From: Desulfosalsimonadaceae bacterium
GTDB lineage: Bacteria > Desulfobacterota > Desulfobacteria > Desulfobacterales > Desulfosalsimonadaceae
Direction of reading: 5' to 3'
Assembly (NCBI GenBank): GCA_035312245.1
Contig: DATGCF010000257.1
Span: 1-47,623, forward strand
Length of the DNA stretch: 47,623 nucleotides
The position numbers and the translations under genes were made by a program. Below the pieces are notes generated by a model, which saw only the letters and a program-made list of their open reading frames with translations, was not told where the DNA came from and ran no database searches. The stretch's first letter is position 1. Every line of letters starts with the position of its first letter. Positions 34,755 to 44,156 of the stretch are shown piece by piece.

Positions 34755-35395
34755 ACCCCGCGTTCAACCGCCGGCCATAGGATTTTGTGGAGCTGAATCT
34801 GAAGCCTTACAGGTAAATGGTCTTTTAGTATCCATGCTGCGCAAGCTGCCGGATCAAGCCATCCCACTGCCGGAGAAAACAGTACGGCCACCGGGGGGCC
34901 ATCCGGCCACCTATCCAGCAGCATGCGTCTGGCATAATCATAGTCCTTTCGATCGGTTAGCACAAATTTGATCTGATCCTTTGGCCCCAGGTGATTGAAA
35001 TTCGAAAAATCGGTTTTGCCCGCTTCGCCGCTGCCGGGACATTTAACATCCATAATCCGCGCGCAGCGGCTATCCACGACCTGGATATCGAATGTGCCGT
35101 TTGTCTCGAGAAGTACCGTGCATCCGCGGTTCAACAGTTCGGTGATCAGCCTGGGCGTCTCCGGCTGGAGCAGTGGTTCCCCGCCGGTTACTTCTATAAG
35201 GGAACATTGATAGGCTTGGAGCGCGCGGATAATATCTTCAAGCGCCATAGGGGTCCCGTTCTCATAGGCATATGTCGTATCGCAGTACCGGCAGCGCAGA
35301 TTGCAACCGGATAGGCGAACGAATGCACAAGGCAGTCCCGCATAGAGGGATTCGCCCTGAATGCTGTAGAATATTTCGGAAACGGAGAGCCTCAT
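34751..35395 (-). CDS. queE: 7-carboxy-7-deazaguanine synthase (radical SAM)
   Basis: 214 aa with EIFYSIQGES and a CNLRCRYCDT cluster motif in the typical QueE N-terminal context. Confidence 0.85.
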   Translation of the reverse strand: MRLSVSEIFYSIQGESLYAGLPCAFVRLSGCNLRCRYCDTTYAYENGTPMALEDIIRALQAYQCSLIEVTGGEPLLQPETPRLITELLNRGCTVLLETNGTFDIQVVDSRCARIMDVKCPGSGEAGKTDFSNFNHLGPKDQIKFVLTDRKDYDYARRMLLDRWPDGPPVAVLFSPAVGWLDPAACAAWILKDHLPVRLQIQLHKILWPAVERGV

Positions 35396-35403
35396 CAGAT
35401 ACT

Positions 35404-36651
35404 TTATGCCGGCATCAAATCACCAACAGCCGCGCGATAAATTTTAGCTGTGCCGGAAATACTGTATTGACTCACCGCAGCGGGAATTAAAAACGCATCT
35501 CCCCGGCTGATCCGGATGGTTTCTGACGCATCCGCCCATTGGATTTCCCCTTCACCCCGGATACAAAGCAAAATTTCCGGGCCGATAATTTGATCCGCGC
35601 GATACGTGCAACTGCGGTCGACCTGGATAATACTCAAAGAGAATTCCTCTGCTGATGTTGGAAAAGTTTTTTCGCACGCCAGCCGCTCCTTTGGGGTCAG
35701 GATATCCAGGCCGTGGGGTTCAAAGTTTAACACCCGCATGAGCTCCTCAACATCCACGTGCTTGGCGGTCAATCCGCCGCGCAGCACATTGTCGGAATTG
35801 GCCATGATCTCAATGCCGGCCCCGTGCAGGTAGGCGTGCATCTCCCCGGAATTTAAAAAAAGCGCTTCTCCCGGCTGCAAGCAGACCAGGTTCAGCAGAA
35901 TAGGGGACAGAATGCCGATATCCTCCGGATAGAGTTCGTAAAGCGTCTTGATCCATCGAAACTCATCGTTTTCAGACTGACGCGCCATGGCATTGCCGGC
36001 GGTTTCATCAATGACCTGTTGAAGTTTTTGGGCGGGCAGGGTCATCAACGCTTCGAAAAATCTTTGAAATCCGTTGCCATTTGGCTTCTGCTTTAAAAAC
36101 TCGATGGCATCGCCAAGGGTTTCCGGGCAAGCCCCCTTAAGCAGTTCTACCATTTCACTGATCGGGCGAAAGCCCTCCATTGCCCAAAAGGGTGTCAGCG
36201 CGCAGATGCATTCGGGTTTGTGGCGATTATCCTTGTAATTTCGATCTGATGCGGTCAGGGGGATGCCTTCATGATTTTCCCGGTCAAACCCGTTTTTAGC
36301 CTGCTCCCGGTTTGGATGCGCTTGAATGGAAAGGGGCTGTTCCGCGGCCAGGATTTTAAACAAATAGGGCAGGGTATTGTTAAACCGCCGGGCCGTTCGA
36401 TGCCCCAGGATTTCTTCCGGATACTTTTCAATCAGTCTGTCCAGCGACTGCCAGCCGCCATTCATCTGAATCTTTGACGGCGCTTTGGGATGGGCGCCCA
36501 TCCATAGCTCCGCCCAGGGAGTGTCGGTTTGCTCAGCGCCCAGCAGATCCTGAATAAACGAATAGGATCCCCAGGCATAATCCTGAATCTCGTTTTTCAG
36601 ACAAAGGGGTTTGTTTTCCATTCCTGGCCTCGTTTTAGATGGTTGCTCCAA
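35404..36651 (-). CDS. manA: Mannose-6-phosphate isomerase, class I
   Basis: 415 aa with AELWMGAHP, QAHPN, YKDNRHKPE and SDNVLRGGLT motifs. Confidence 0.9.
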   Translation of the reverse strand: MEQPSKTRPGMENKPLCLKNEIQDYAWGSYSFIQDLLGAEQTDTPWAELWMGAHPKAPSKIQMNGGWQSLDRLIEKYPEEILGHRTARRFNNTLPYLFKILAAEQPLSIQAHPNREQAKNGFDRENHEGIPLTASDRNYKDNRHKPECICALTPFWAMEGFRPISEMVELLKGACPETLGDAIEFLKQKPNGNGFQRFFEALMTLPAQKLQQVIDETAGNAMARQSENDEFRWIKTLYELYPEDIGILSPILLNLVCLQPGEALFLNSGEMHAYLHGAGIEIMANSDNVLRGGLTAKHVDVEELMRVLNFEPHGLDILTPKERLACEKTFPTSAEEFSLSIIQVDRSCTYRADQIIGPEILLCIRGEGEIQWADASETIRISRGDAFLIPAAVSQYSISGTAKIYRAAVGDLMPA

Positions 36652-36725
36652 AAATAAGATATACCTGATAAGGCTACGACATCCAATTTCAAATGCGACG
36701 TTCCGGCAAATCTATTCATGGGGGG

Positions 36726-37925
36726 TTAACAGGCAAACCGGCCATTTTCATATATCAGTTTTTTATGCCCTGACGTCAAATGGGCGGTCACCCGCTTTTT
36801 TTCCGTGTTTACAATATCCCAGTGCAGGGCGGAGTCATTGAAACCAAGATCCGCCTTTTTTTCTTTTGTCAGATCCGAGGGGCGGCCGCTGTATGTGTCT
36901 GAATAGGAAGCGCCCAGCGCAATATGGGAGTTGCCGTATTGGCCGCCGAAATTCTCATCAAACAGGGTGTTGGCCATAAACCGGTCAATTTTGGAAAACG
37001 TCCGATCCGTCAAAGAAAATTCCCCGATTTTATTGGCCCCATTGTCCATGGCCAGCTGTTTTTTAAGAAAGGTTTCGCCTTCTTCGGCCTGAGCAGACAC
37101 CACCTTTCCGTTTTTAAATTCCACCCGGATGCCGCGAACATAATTACCGCTGCGATATGAGGGCTGATCCGCATAATAAACACCAGAGGTGCCCCGCCAG
37201 TCCGGGGAAGTAAACAGCTCAAAGCTCGGGATATTGTGACCCGAAATACCGATCCAGCGCCGATTTTCTCCAGGTGTGATGAAAAGGTCTATATTGGCGG
37301 ATTCCACATGAAATTTTTCAACCGATAACCGGTTAAGCCAATTCTTAAGCGTTTGGGCCTTTTTGTAGATCTCCTCCCATTGGGCGATCGGGTCCCTGCG
37401 ATTTAAAAAACAGGCCTTGATAATCTGTCGGGCGTATTCTTCTGCTGAAATCCCTGCATGGATCGCCAGTTCCTCGGTAGGGTACATGGCCAGGGTCCAG
37501 CTGAAGCGGCCCTCCTCTTCGCGCTGATCGAGAATGTCCCGGAGGTATTTTCTGGCCTTTATTGGTTTGCTGATTTTAGCCGGATCCACGCGGCTTAAAT
37601 GGGTAAGGGATTTGGGGGCCAAAACGGCGATGCTGCCGTTTAAATTTCGATACAACTCCTCCTCACCCGGGGCGATAAACGTCAGCTGACGGTTATTCGA
37701 GAGGGTATAAAAAGATGTCTCCATAGCCGGCGTCTGAAGTAATCGATGCAAAGGGTGTACGCCCATCTCAAAGAGTTTGGCGTAAAGCGTCTCTGCCAGT
37801 TGCATGGCCGGCAGGTCATAGCGGATCATGATGACATCGCCCTTTTTTATTTTTCCGGTGCGGGCGGTTTCAAGGCCCCATAGCAGGACATCCGCATAAC
37901 GCTGAATCTGTTTTTCTGAAAGCAT
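36726..37925 (-). CDS. M29-family aminopeptidase (AmpS/PepS-like)
   Basis: 399 aa. The overall pattern, including ...FDENFGGQYGNSHIALG... and ...HWDIV..., is typical of thermophilic-metalloprotease M29 enzymes. Confidence 0.7.
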   Translation of the reverse strand: MLSEKQIQRYADVLLWGLETARTGKIKKGDVIMIRYDLPAMQLAETLYAKLFEMGVHPLHRLLQTPAMETSFYTLSNNRQLTFIAPGEEELYRNLNGSIAVLAPKSLTHLSRVDPAKISKPIKARKYLRDILDQREEEGRFSWTLAMYPTEELAIHAGISAEEYARQIIKACFLNRRDPIAQWEEIYKKAQTLKNWLNRLSVEKFHVESANIDLFITPGENRRWIGISGHNIPSFELFTSPDWRGTSGVYYADQPSYRSGNYVRGIRVEFKNGKVVSAQAEEGETFLKKQLAMDNGANKIGEFSLTDRTFSKIDRFMANTLFDENFGGQYGNSHIALGASYSDTYSGRPSDLTKEKKADLGFNDSALHWDIVNTEKKRVTAHLTSGHKKLIYENGRFAC

Positions 37926-37958
37926 GGCCTCTCCTGTCAGGCAAATAAGCTGGGCAGC

Positions 37959-38234
37959 CTATGGATGCGGCTCCTTAAGAAATAACCGATGGTATTCCCC
38001 GTCATTCAAGTGGGTTCTCAGCAGCCGATTGATTAAAAAATAGATTTCCTCGAGCTCTTCATCTTTTAAGCGATGTCTGAGCTTTTGCATCAACGCATCA
38101 TCTGAAAACATCTGCAGATAACAGATTACTGTATTTTCATTGGTTTCCCGATCCCATCCGAAACCCATGAATTCGTCCTGGGCTTCGACAAAATGATGTG
38201 TATACCGTGTCATATAGAAATTCCGTGAATTCAT
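37959..38234 (-). CDS. Hypothetical small protein (84-91 aa)
   Basis: The ORF is co-directional with, and 33 nt upstream of, the M29 gene. I recognise no family. The start is ambiguous (38234 or the MTRYTHHF Met at 38213). Confidence 0.4.
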   Translation of the reverse strand: MNSRNFYMTRYTHHFVEAQDEFMGFGWDRETNENTVICYLQMFSDDALMQKLRHRLKDEELEEIYFLINRLLRTHLNDGEYHRLFLKEPHP

Positions 38235-38362
38235 GCTTTTGATAATTCATTGACAGCAAGGGCAATATGATACATGGTAAGCACCATATGGGATCATTGC
38301 TGAAACAACCATTACCGCAATTACAATAAAGAAAAAAAACGTCAAGGTCAACCCGGCTTTCC

Positions 38363-39271
38363 ATGGCAAAAAGCGCCAGTTATTTTAAGACGCGGGACAA
38401 TCTATCCATCCGGTATGCCAATTATACGCCTGAAGGGCCGCCTCCTGCCGGCACGGTCGTGCTGCTTGGCGGGCGGGCGGAGTTCATTGAAAAACACCAG
38501 GAGACCATTGAGGAGCTAAATCAGCGTCATTTGGCGATCTATACAATGGACTGGCGCGGCCAGGGTTTGTCCAGCCGTCTTCTGGATGATCGGCATAAAG
38601 GTTATATTGATTCGTTTGATTGGTATATCGATGACCTCGATCTTTTTATGCAAACGCGGGTCCTGCCGAATGCCCACCCGCCGCTTATCTTCCTCGCCCA
38701 CTCCATGGGCGGCCATATCACGCTTCGCTACCTGCGCCGGTCGACTGTAGCCATTTCCGGAGCCGTATTGGTTTCACCGATGATCAAGATTCAAACAAAG
38801 CCCTTGCCGTATCCGCTTGTCCGACGGCTTGTCCGGATGGCCAGTCGGAGCAACTGGTCGGAACACTATATTCCCGGGGATAGCTTTTATGATCCGGAGC
38901 AGAAACCATTTAAAAATAATCCGCTCACGAACGATCCGGAACGATTCAAAGATGAGAGACAAAAGATAGAAGCCAATCCAGATCTTGCCCTGGGCGGTGT
39001 AACCTATGGCTGGTTGTCCGCCGCATTTGACTCCATCGATGCGATTGCTGGGGCGGACAACTGGAAAAGCATGGCTGTACCGGTATTGATGCTTGGCGGC
39101 AGTGCGGACCGTGTGGTATCCATTCCTGACATCCAGTGGATGTGTCAGCGCCTGGCAAGTTGCCGATGTATTATTTTAGAAAACGCCAAACATGAAATAT
39201 TAAATGAAACGGATTCAATCCGCCGGCAGTTCTGGCTTGAATTCGATCAATTTATTGAAAAAATCAAGTAA
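38363..39271 (+). CDS. Alpha/beta hydrolase (lysophospholipase / monoglyceride-lipase-like)
   Basis: 302 aa with the HGxxE-like start VVLLGGRAEFIEK, the nucleophile elbow AHSMGG, and a C-terminal AKHEILNE (catalytic His). Confidence 0.7.
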   Translation: MAKSASYFKTRDNLSIRYANYTPEGPPPAGTVVLLGGRAEFIEKHQETIEELNQRHLAIYTMDWRGQGLSSRLLDDRHKGYIDSFDWYIDDLDLFMQTRVLPNAHPPLIFLAHSMGGHITLRYLRRSTVAISGAVLVSPMIKIQTKPLPYPLVRRLVRMASRSNWSEHYIPGDSFYDPEQKPFKNNPLTNDPERFKDERQKIEANPDLALGGVTYGWLSAAFDSIDAIAGADNWKSMAVPVLMLGGSADRVVSIPDIQWMCQRLASCRCIILENAKHEILNETDSIRRQFWLEFDQFIEKIK

Positions 39272-39291
39272 ATCAAATCAGGAGGCTTAAA

Positions 39292-39981
39292 ATGGACTGG
39301 AAATCCGAGGTCGACGCTGAAAACGAAGAGCTAAACGACAAACCGTATTCAACGTTTTCTAACGAGGACCCGCAACGCTTTCTCAATCGGCCGAAATATC
39401 CCTATTTGCTATTGGGCGCCGGGGTTCTGCTGCTTATTGTATTGGTCCTGGTCTTTTTTCCGAATAATCCGGAATCCGCAAATGAAGCGGGCAATGAAGC
39501 GACGAATCAAACCCGGCCCGTGGCCAATGATGATTCCATGGCCCGGCTGGATCGGATTGAATCGAAAATTGACGCATTGGAGGGCGTCCAGGATCGTCTC
39601 GCCCAATTGGAAAATCGGATTGCCGGTCTTGAGGAAAACTTTCGGCTCATCAATGAGGGCGATATCTCAGCCACTTCGGAAAATCCGGAGCAGCTGCAGG
39701 CCAATGCCCAGCTAATTCAGAATACCGCTAATCGCCTGGATGCGATAGAGAAACGGCTGAACCAGATGGAGAAACAGGTTGCCGCCAATAAATCGCAGTT
39801 TGATAATCTGCAACCCTCCAGCCAGACGACGCAAACGACCGAGGTGCATATGGTCAAAAAGGGGGATACGCTATACAGCCTCTCCCGCAAGTATGATGTA
39901 AATCTGGACAAGCTGCTCCGGGCCAACGGATTAAGCAAGAAGGCGGTGATTTATCCGGGACAGAAATTAAAAATTCCTTAA
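39292..39981 (+). CDS. Membrane-anchored coiled-coil protein with a C-terminal LysM peptidoglycan-binding domain
   Basis: 229 aa with one TM (YLLLGAGVLLLIVLVLVFF), a heptad-like region (LDRIESKIDALEGVQDRLAQLENRIAGLEE) and a LysM domain HMVKKGDTLYSLSRKYDVNLDKLLRANGL...YPGQKLKIP. Confidence 0.75.
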   Translation: MDWKSEVDAENEELNDKPYSTFSNEDPQRFLNRPKYPYLLLGAGVLLLIVLVLVFFPNNPESANEAGNEATNQTRPVANDDSMARLDRIESKIDALEGVQDRLAQLENRIAGLEENFRLINEGDISATSENPEQLQANAQLIQNTANRLDAIEKRLNQMEKQVAANKSQFDNLQPSSQTTQTTEVHMVKKGDTLYSLSRKYDVNLDKLLRANGLSKKAVIYPGQKLKIP

Positions 39982-39988
39982 TCGTTTG

Positions 39989-40717
39989 CTAAAGCAGGCG
40001 CCAGGCGTGCTGTTCCGGCAGACCGGCCTTGTAGATTTTCTGAACCGTATCATTGATGTCATAAGCCACAAACCGAACGGTCAGCTCATGGGAACTGTCG
40101 TCCCAGATGACATATTTGGCCTTGTTGTCCCCGTCCCTGGGCTGGCCCACGCTGCCGACATTAATCAGGTATTTCTTATGGGGATCCAATTGAATGGTTC
40201 CCTGGTGCAGGGGTTCGGTTTCAATGTTTTCGCCGTCGGATTCGATGATCAGAAGCTCATGGGTATGCCCGACAAATACCAGCCGTTCCGCCAGTTGGGT
40301 TAGCGTATACCGGAGATGGTCCGGGGCAACCTCGAAGAGGTAGGTCGTGGGCGAATCCGGCGGAAATCCATGTACGAGCCGAAAAGCGTCAATGGTCATA
40401 CTGGTGCGAAAATCGGCGATATGGGCCTTTGCGGTGTCAGATAAAAAATGGGTGGTTTTTTCCAGTGAGCGCCGGGCCATGGGATTAAACCAGGAAAGCA
40501 TTTCCGGCTGATTGATGGCGAGCTCATGATTGCCAAGCACGGAAGGAATCTGCCGCTCTGTCAGCATTGAAATGACCTTTTCCGGCTCCGGCCCGTAACC
40601 GACATTGTCGCCCAGCGAGTAAATCGCTTCCACCCGCGCATGGGCGTCAATGTCCGCCAATACGGCTTCAAATGCCGTGGCATTTCCATGAATATCTGAG
40701 ATGATGGCTATCCGCAT
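39989..40717 (-). CDS. Calcineurin-like metallophosphoesterase (YfcE/MJ0936-type)
   Basis: 242 aa with MRIAIISDIHGN, LGDNVGYGP, GNHE and GHTH motifs. Confidence 0.8.
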   Translation of the reverse strand: MRIAIISDIHGNATAFEAVLADIDAHARVEAIYSLGDNVGYGPEPEKVISMLTERQIPSVLGNHELAINQPEMLSWFNPMARRSLEKTTHFLSDTAKAHIADFRTSMTIDAFRLVHGFPPDSPTTYLFEVAPDHLRYTLTQLAERLVFVGHTHELLIIESDGENIETEPLHQGTIQLDPHKKYLINVGSVGQPRDGDNKAKYVIWDDSSHELTVRFVAYDINDTVQKIYKAGLPEQHAWRLL

Positions 40718-41157
40718 CGTCGTACTGATAACTCAACGGTCGCGCTTTTAATTTTTACAATCGGCGGCATGATTTTCAGTAGATATAAACCGCCACCGGG
40801 CAAACGCCTGTTCAAATTCCTTTATCCGCTTTTCGACTTAATAATGTCAACCCCTTCGGATCGAATTCCGATATTCACCGCCTCCCCGATGCCCGGCCGT
40901 CTATCTTGATAAGCGGTTTCTCTAAAATCAGGGATAATTGGACGCCTTTATCCATCAATGCCCGCACGGCCCCATGTTGCTTCAGCGATCTCCACCAGTC
41001 GGCCGGCAATACCCTGCTGAGCTGGTGTCCCGGTGCCATTGGGAGCCAGTAGCTCAATGGCCTTGGGATGACTCGAAATTTTGAGTTCCTCTTTCCATAC
41101 GGTTGATGAAAACATAATCGGATGCTGATTGCCCCGCACCACCGGGGCCCGGGCTGG

Positions 41158-42741
41158 TCAGCCGGTAAGATCCTGAAAATAAACGGGGTTGGTCGCATGC
41201 AGGAGCCCCTCGTCAAATGAAATTCTACCGGCTTTGACATGATTGGCCAGGCCCACATCCATAGGTACGAATTCATCCGCCCCGGTTTCCATCTGGGAGC
41301 GGATATGGTGGATTCGGTTTTCCCGGATAAAGTTTTTCACCCGGTGCGATGTCGCCATTTTTTCATACGCGAGCAGCATGCCGGTCCCATCCTTTTTTTT
41401 GACCAACCGCTGGGAAAAAGAGAGCAGCAGTGAATCAGCCAGCATCAACCGGATCAGGTCCTGCTGCTCGACCGGGAACATATTGATAATCGTCTGAATA
41501 ACCGCCGTGGAATCAAACGCGTTCATGGTGCTTAATACCAGATGGCCGGTTCTGGCGGCTTTGATGGCGGTTTCAAAAGTGATTTTATCCCGCATTTCCC
41601 CGATGACGATCACATCCGGGGCCTGACGAAAAATGCCGCGCAGCCCTTCTTCAAAAGTTGCCGTATCCCGGCCCACTTCCCGTTGGTTGACATTGCTTTT
41701 TTTATGCTTGTGTAAGAATTCAATCGGCTCTTCCAAACTAATAATATTAGAGCGCCGATTGGTGTTAATAATATCCAGAATAACAGAAAGCGTGGTTGAT
41801 TTCCCGCTGCCCGCCGGCCCTGAAACCAATATTAAACCTTGCGGGGATAGGGCAAAATCATGCAGCCATTCAGGCAGTCTTAATTCCTGCAAGGAAGGTA
41901 TTCGATCCGGCAAATGTCGAATGGCAATCGACACGGAATGGCGCTGGCGATAGCATGTAACCCGGAATCTCGCCTTGTCCTTATATGTAACGCCGGTTTC
42001 AAGTTCATTCTCCTGGTTGAATATATCCCATTCATCGGTTGTCAGGATATTTCGGGCGTATCCTTCAAGATTGGCAGGGGTCAGGGATACCGTGGCCAGG
42101 CGTTTTAAAATACTGCCGATTTTAATGGACGGCGGAACACCGGCAGTCAGCAGCATATCGCTGCCGCCGGATTTTATGAGGTAGGTAAAGAGCTTTTCGA
42201 TTTCCGGTGGCTGCTGGGTGTCCGTTGACTCATGCATGGAGAGTTTTTCGATATCCGAACCGTTAATACCGCCCTCGTAGTGATCGGAAAGCAAATTTAA
42301 AGCCGCCTCCATCATAAAAAAGGGCACCACCACCGGCCTTATTTTTTTGCCCATGGTAAATTCCAGGTCGCTGATGGTCATAAAATCCTGAGGCGTCACC
42401 ATGGCAAGGGTTAGGTTATTGTTTTCCACGGAAACCGGCAGGATGCGAAACTTTTTCATTTTCTCCTGGGGGATAAGCCGAAGCACCTCCGGTTTGATAT
42501 CGACTTTAAACAGATTAACGGGAGGCACGCCAAATTTTTGGGATAGGAATGACAACATTTTGTCAACCGTGACAAATCCCATTTCAATTAAAATGGAACC
42601 CAACGGCATATCAACCTGTGTCCGGCGCTGCAGCGCCTTTTCAAGCTGTTCATGATTGATTAGATTGTGGCTGACCAGCGCCTCTCCGAGCAAATTTTTC
42701 TGTGCAGAAAGTTTTGGCTTATTGTTGACTTCGGCCGACAT
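41158..42741 (-). CDS. PilT/GspE-family secretion or pilus ATPase with an N-terminal T2SSE_N (MshEN-like) domain
   Basis: 527 aa. The N-terminus reads LLGEALVSHNLINHEQLEKALQ...PLGSILIEMGFVTVDKMLSFLSQKFG. The C-terminal PilT-type core has Walker A SGPAGSGKSTT, an Asp box, and Walker B VIVIGEMRD. Confidence 0.8.
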   Translation of the reverse strand: MSAEVNNKPKLSAQKNLLGEALVSHNLINHEQLEKALQRRTQVDMPLGSILIEMGFVTVDKMLSFLSQKFGVPPVNLFKVDIKPEVLRLIPQEKMKKFRILPVSVENNNLTLAMVTPQDFMTISDLEFTMGKKIRPVVVPFFMMEAALNLLSDHYEGGINGSDIEKLSMHESTDTQQPPEIEKLFTYLIKSGGSDMLLTAGVPPSIKIGSILKRLATVSLTPANLEGYARNILTTDEWDIFNQENELETGVTYKDKARFRVTCYRQRHSVSIAIRHLPDRIPSLQELRLPEWLHDFALSPQGLILVSGPAGSGKSTTLSVILDIINTNRRSNIISLEEPIEFLHKHKKSNVNQREVGRDTATFEEGLRGIFRQAPDVIVIGEMRDKITFETAIKAARTGHLVLSTMNAFDSTAVIQTIINMFPVEQQDLIRLMLADSLLLSFSQRLVKKKDGTGMLLAYEKMATSHRVKNFIRENRIHHIRSQMETGADEFVPMDVGLANHVKAGRISFDEGLLHATNPVYFQDLTG

Positions 42742-42865
42742 GATTCCCTCCCCAGTGAATTGATCATTGAACTGATAATCGTTAGTCGCCCGTATCTATC
42801 CTAAAAATAATAAAAAATCCAGACTAAATTTGTTGGTTGCCGTTAGCGTCAATTAGGCCTGGCAA

Positions 42866-42894
42866 TTGACAGAAAAATGAAACCCGGTTATGAC
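42866..42894 (+). promoter_or_regulatory. Sigma-70-type promoter candidate for panE
   Basis: TTGACA-N17-TATGAC, about 100 nt upstream of the panE start. Confidence 0.3.
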
Positions 42895-42930
42895 AAGCCA
42901 TCGATACCCCTAAACCCAAGGAAAATATTT

Positions 42931-42987
42931 ATGCATAAGCGGAAATTTGACCCTTCGCATATCGATAAGCTAAGTGAACGTTTTTAA
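42931..42987 (+). CDS. Candidate 18-codon upstream ORF whose stop lies inside the panE Shine-Dalgarno
   Basis: MHKRKFDPSHIDKLSERF*, with AAGGAAAA 8 nt upstream. Its TAA (42985-42987) is the first three bases of TAAGGAGGA, which precedes the TTG start of panE. The peptide resembles the extreme N-terminus of some class I methyltransferases, so it may be a remnant. Confidence 0.2.
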   Translation: MHKRKFDPSHIDKLSERF

Positions 42988-42996
42988 GGAGGAAAG

Positions 42997-43956
42997 TTGA
43001 AATTTGCAGTTATTGGAACCGGCGCAGTGGGCGGGTATTATGGCGCGCTGTTGGCGCGAAGCGGTTTTGAAGTCCATTTTCTGCTCCATAGCGATTTTGA
43101 ACATGTCCGGGATAACGGCCTCTTAATCGAATCCAGGGATGGCGATTTTGTTCTGGAATCGATTAATGCCTATGGCAAGCCAAACGACATGCCGGGGTGT
43201 GATGTAGTTATCGTGGCGTTAAAAACCACCCAAAATCATCATCTGCCGGCCATATTGCCCAAAGTCGTCAAAGAAAACGGTATTGTCGTACTTTTACAAA
43301 ATGGACTGGGCGTTGAGCGGGAAATCGCTAAAAAACTGCCGCAGGCAACCGTTATTGGCGGCCTGTGTTTTTTATGCAGCAATAAAGTGGGGCCCGGCCA
43401 TATCCGCCACCTTGATTATGGGAGTATCCGGATGGGGCAGTTTTCCCGGGAGGAAACAGCCGCCGGCATCACGGATAGCCTGAAATTCGTTGCCGATGTC
43501 TTTGGCAAAGCCGGCATTTCAGTCCATCTGACAGAAAACCTTGGCAGGGCGCGATGGGAAAAACTGGTTTGGAATATGAGTTATAATGGTTTGTCGGTTG
43601 TCCTCGATGCCAACACCGATCAGTTGATGAATGATCCGGCCACAAGGCGCTTGGTTGAAAAGCTGATGGCAGAGGTCATTGGCGGTGCGCGCGCCTGCGG
43701 TTTCGAATTGGCTGATGCGTTTGCCCAGCAGATGCTTGCGGCCACTGAAAAAATGGTGGCTTACAACCCGAGCATGAAACTCGATTTTGAAGCCGGAAGA
43801 GACTTAGAGATCCATACGATTTATTGGCGGCCTATCCAATCGGCTTCGGATAATGGTTATGAAATGACCGCGGCCGTAATTTTGGCCCGGCTGTTAGAAT
43901 ATTTGGATCGCCATAATCCCCGAAATCATAGATGTCAGACTAAATCTCTTCGGTAG
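42997..43956 (+). CDS. panE: 2-dehydropantoate 2-reductase (ketopantoate reductase)
   Basis: 319 aa with a TTG start after AAGGAGGA. It has the N-terminal Rossmann motif KFAVIGTGAVGGYYGALLARSG, later QNGLG, and KLVWN... in the ApbA_C region. Confidence 0.8.
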   Translation: MKFAVIGTGAVGGYYGALLARSGFEVHFLLHSDFEHVRDNGLLIESRDGDFVLESINAYGKPNDMPGCDVVIVALKTTQNHHLPAILPKVVKENGIVVLLQNGLGVEREIAKKLPQATVIGGLCFLCSNKVGPGHIRHLDYGSIRMGQFSREETAAGITDSLKFVADVFGKAGISVHLTENLGRARWEKLVWNMSYNGLSVVLDANTDQLMNDPATRRLVEKLMAEVIGGARACGFELADAFAQQMLAATEKMVAYNPSMKLDFEAGRDLEIHTIYWRPIQSASDNGYEMTAAVILARLLEYLDRHNPRNHRCQTKSLR

Positions 43957-44128
43957 TTTTACCTTTTTAAAAGATGGCGGGCTGTTGCGTTCGATTAGGA
44001 TTAAGCCATTTTTTTTCCGCAACATGCTTCTTTCCTGTTTTATATTGAAATCAAGCGGATAACGGTTATTGCGGGACTATCTGTTCGGTATGCCGAAAAT
44101 AATTTATCGGTAATAGTAAAATTTTTTC

Positions 44129-44156
44129 TTGACCCTACTGATTCAGACTTTATAAT
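44129..44156 (+). promoter_or_regulatory. Near-consensus sigma-70 promoter
   Basis: TTGACC-N16-TATAAT, about 90 nt upstream of the ComEA-like gene start. Confidence 0.5.

Noticed and set aside
40875-41276. 133-aa minus-strand ORF as a real gene
   Set aside because: Its first about 40 codons overlap the 3' end of the PilT-like gene out of frame, and it has no SD or recognisable family. It is kept only as part of the possible-pseudogene observation.
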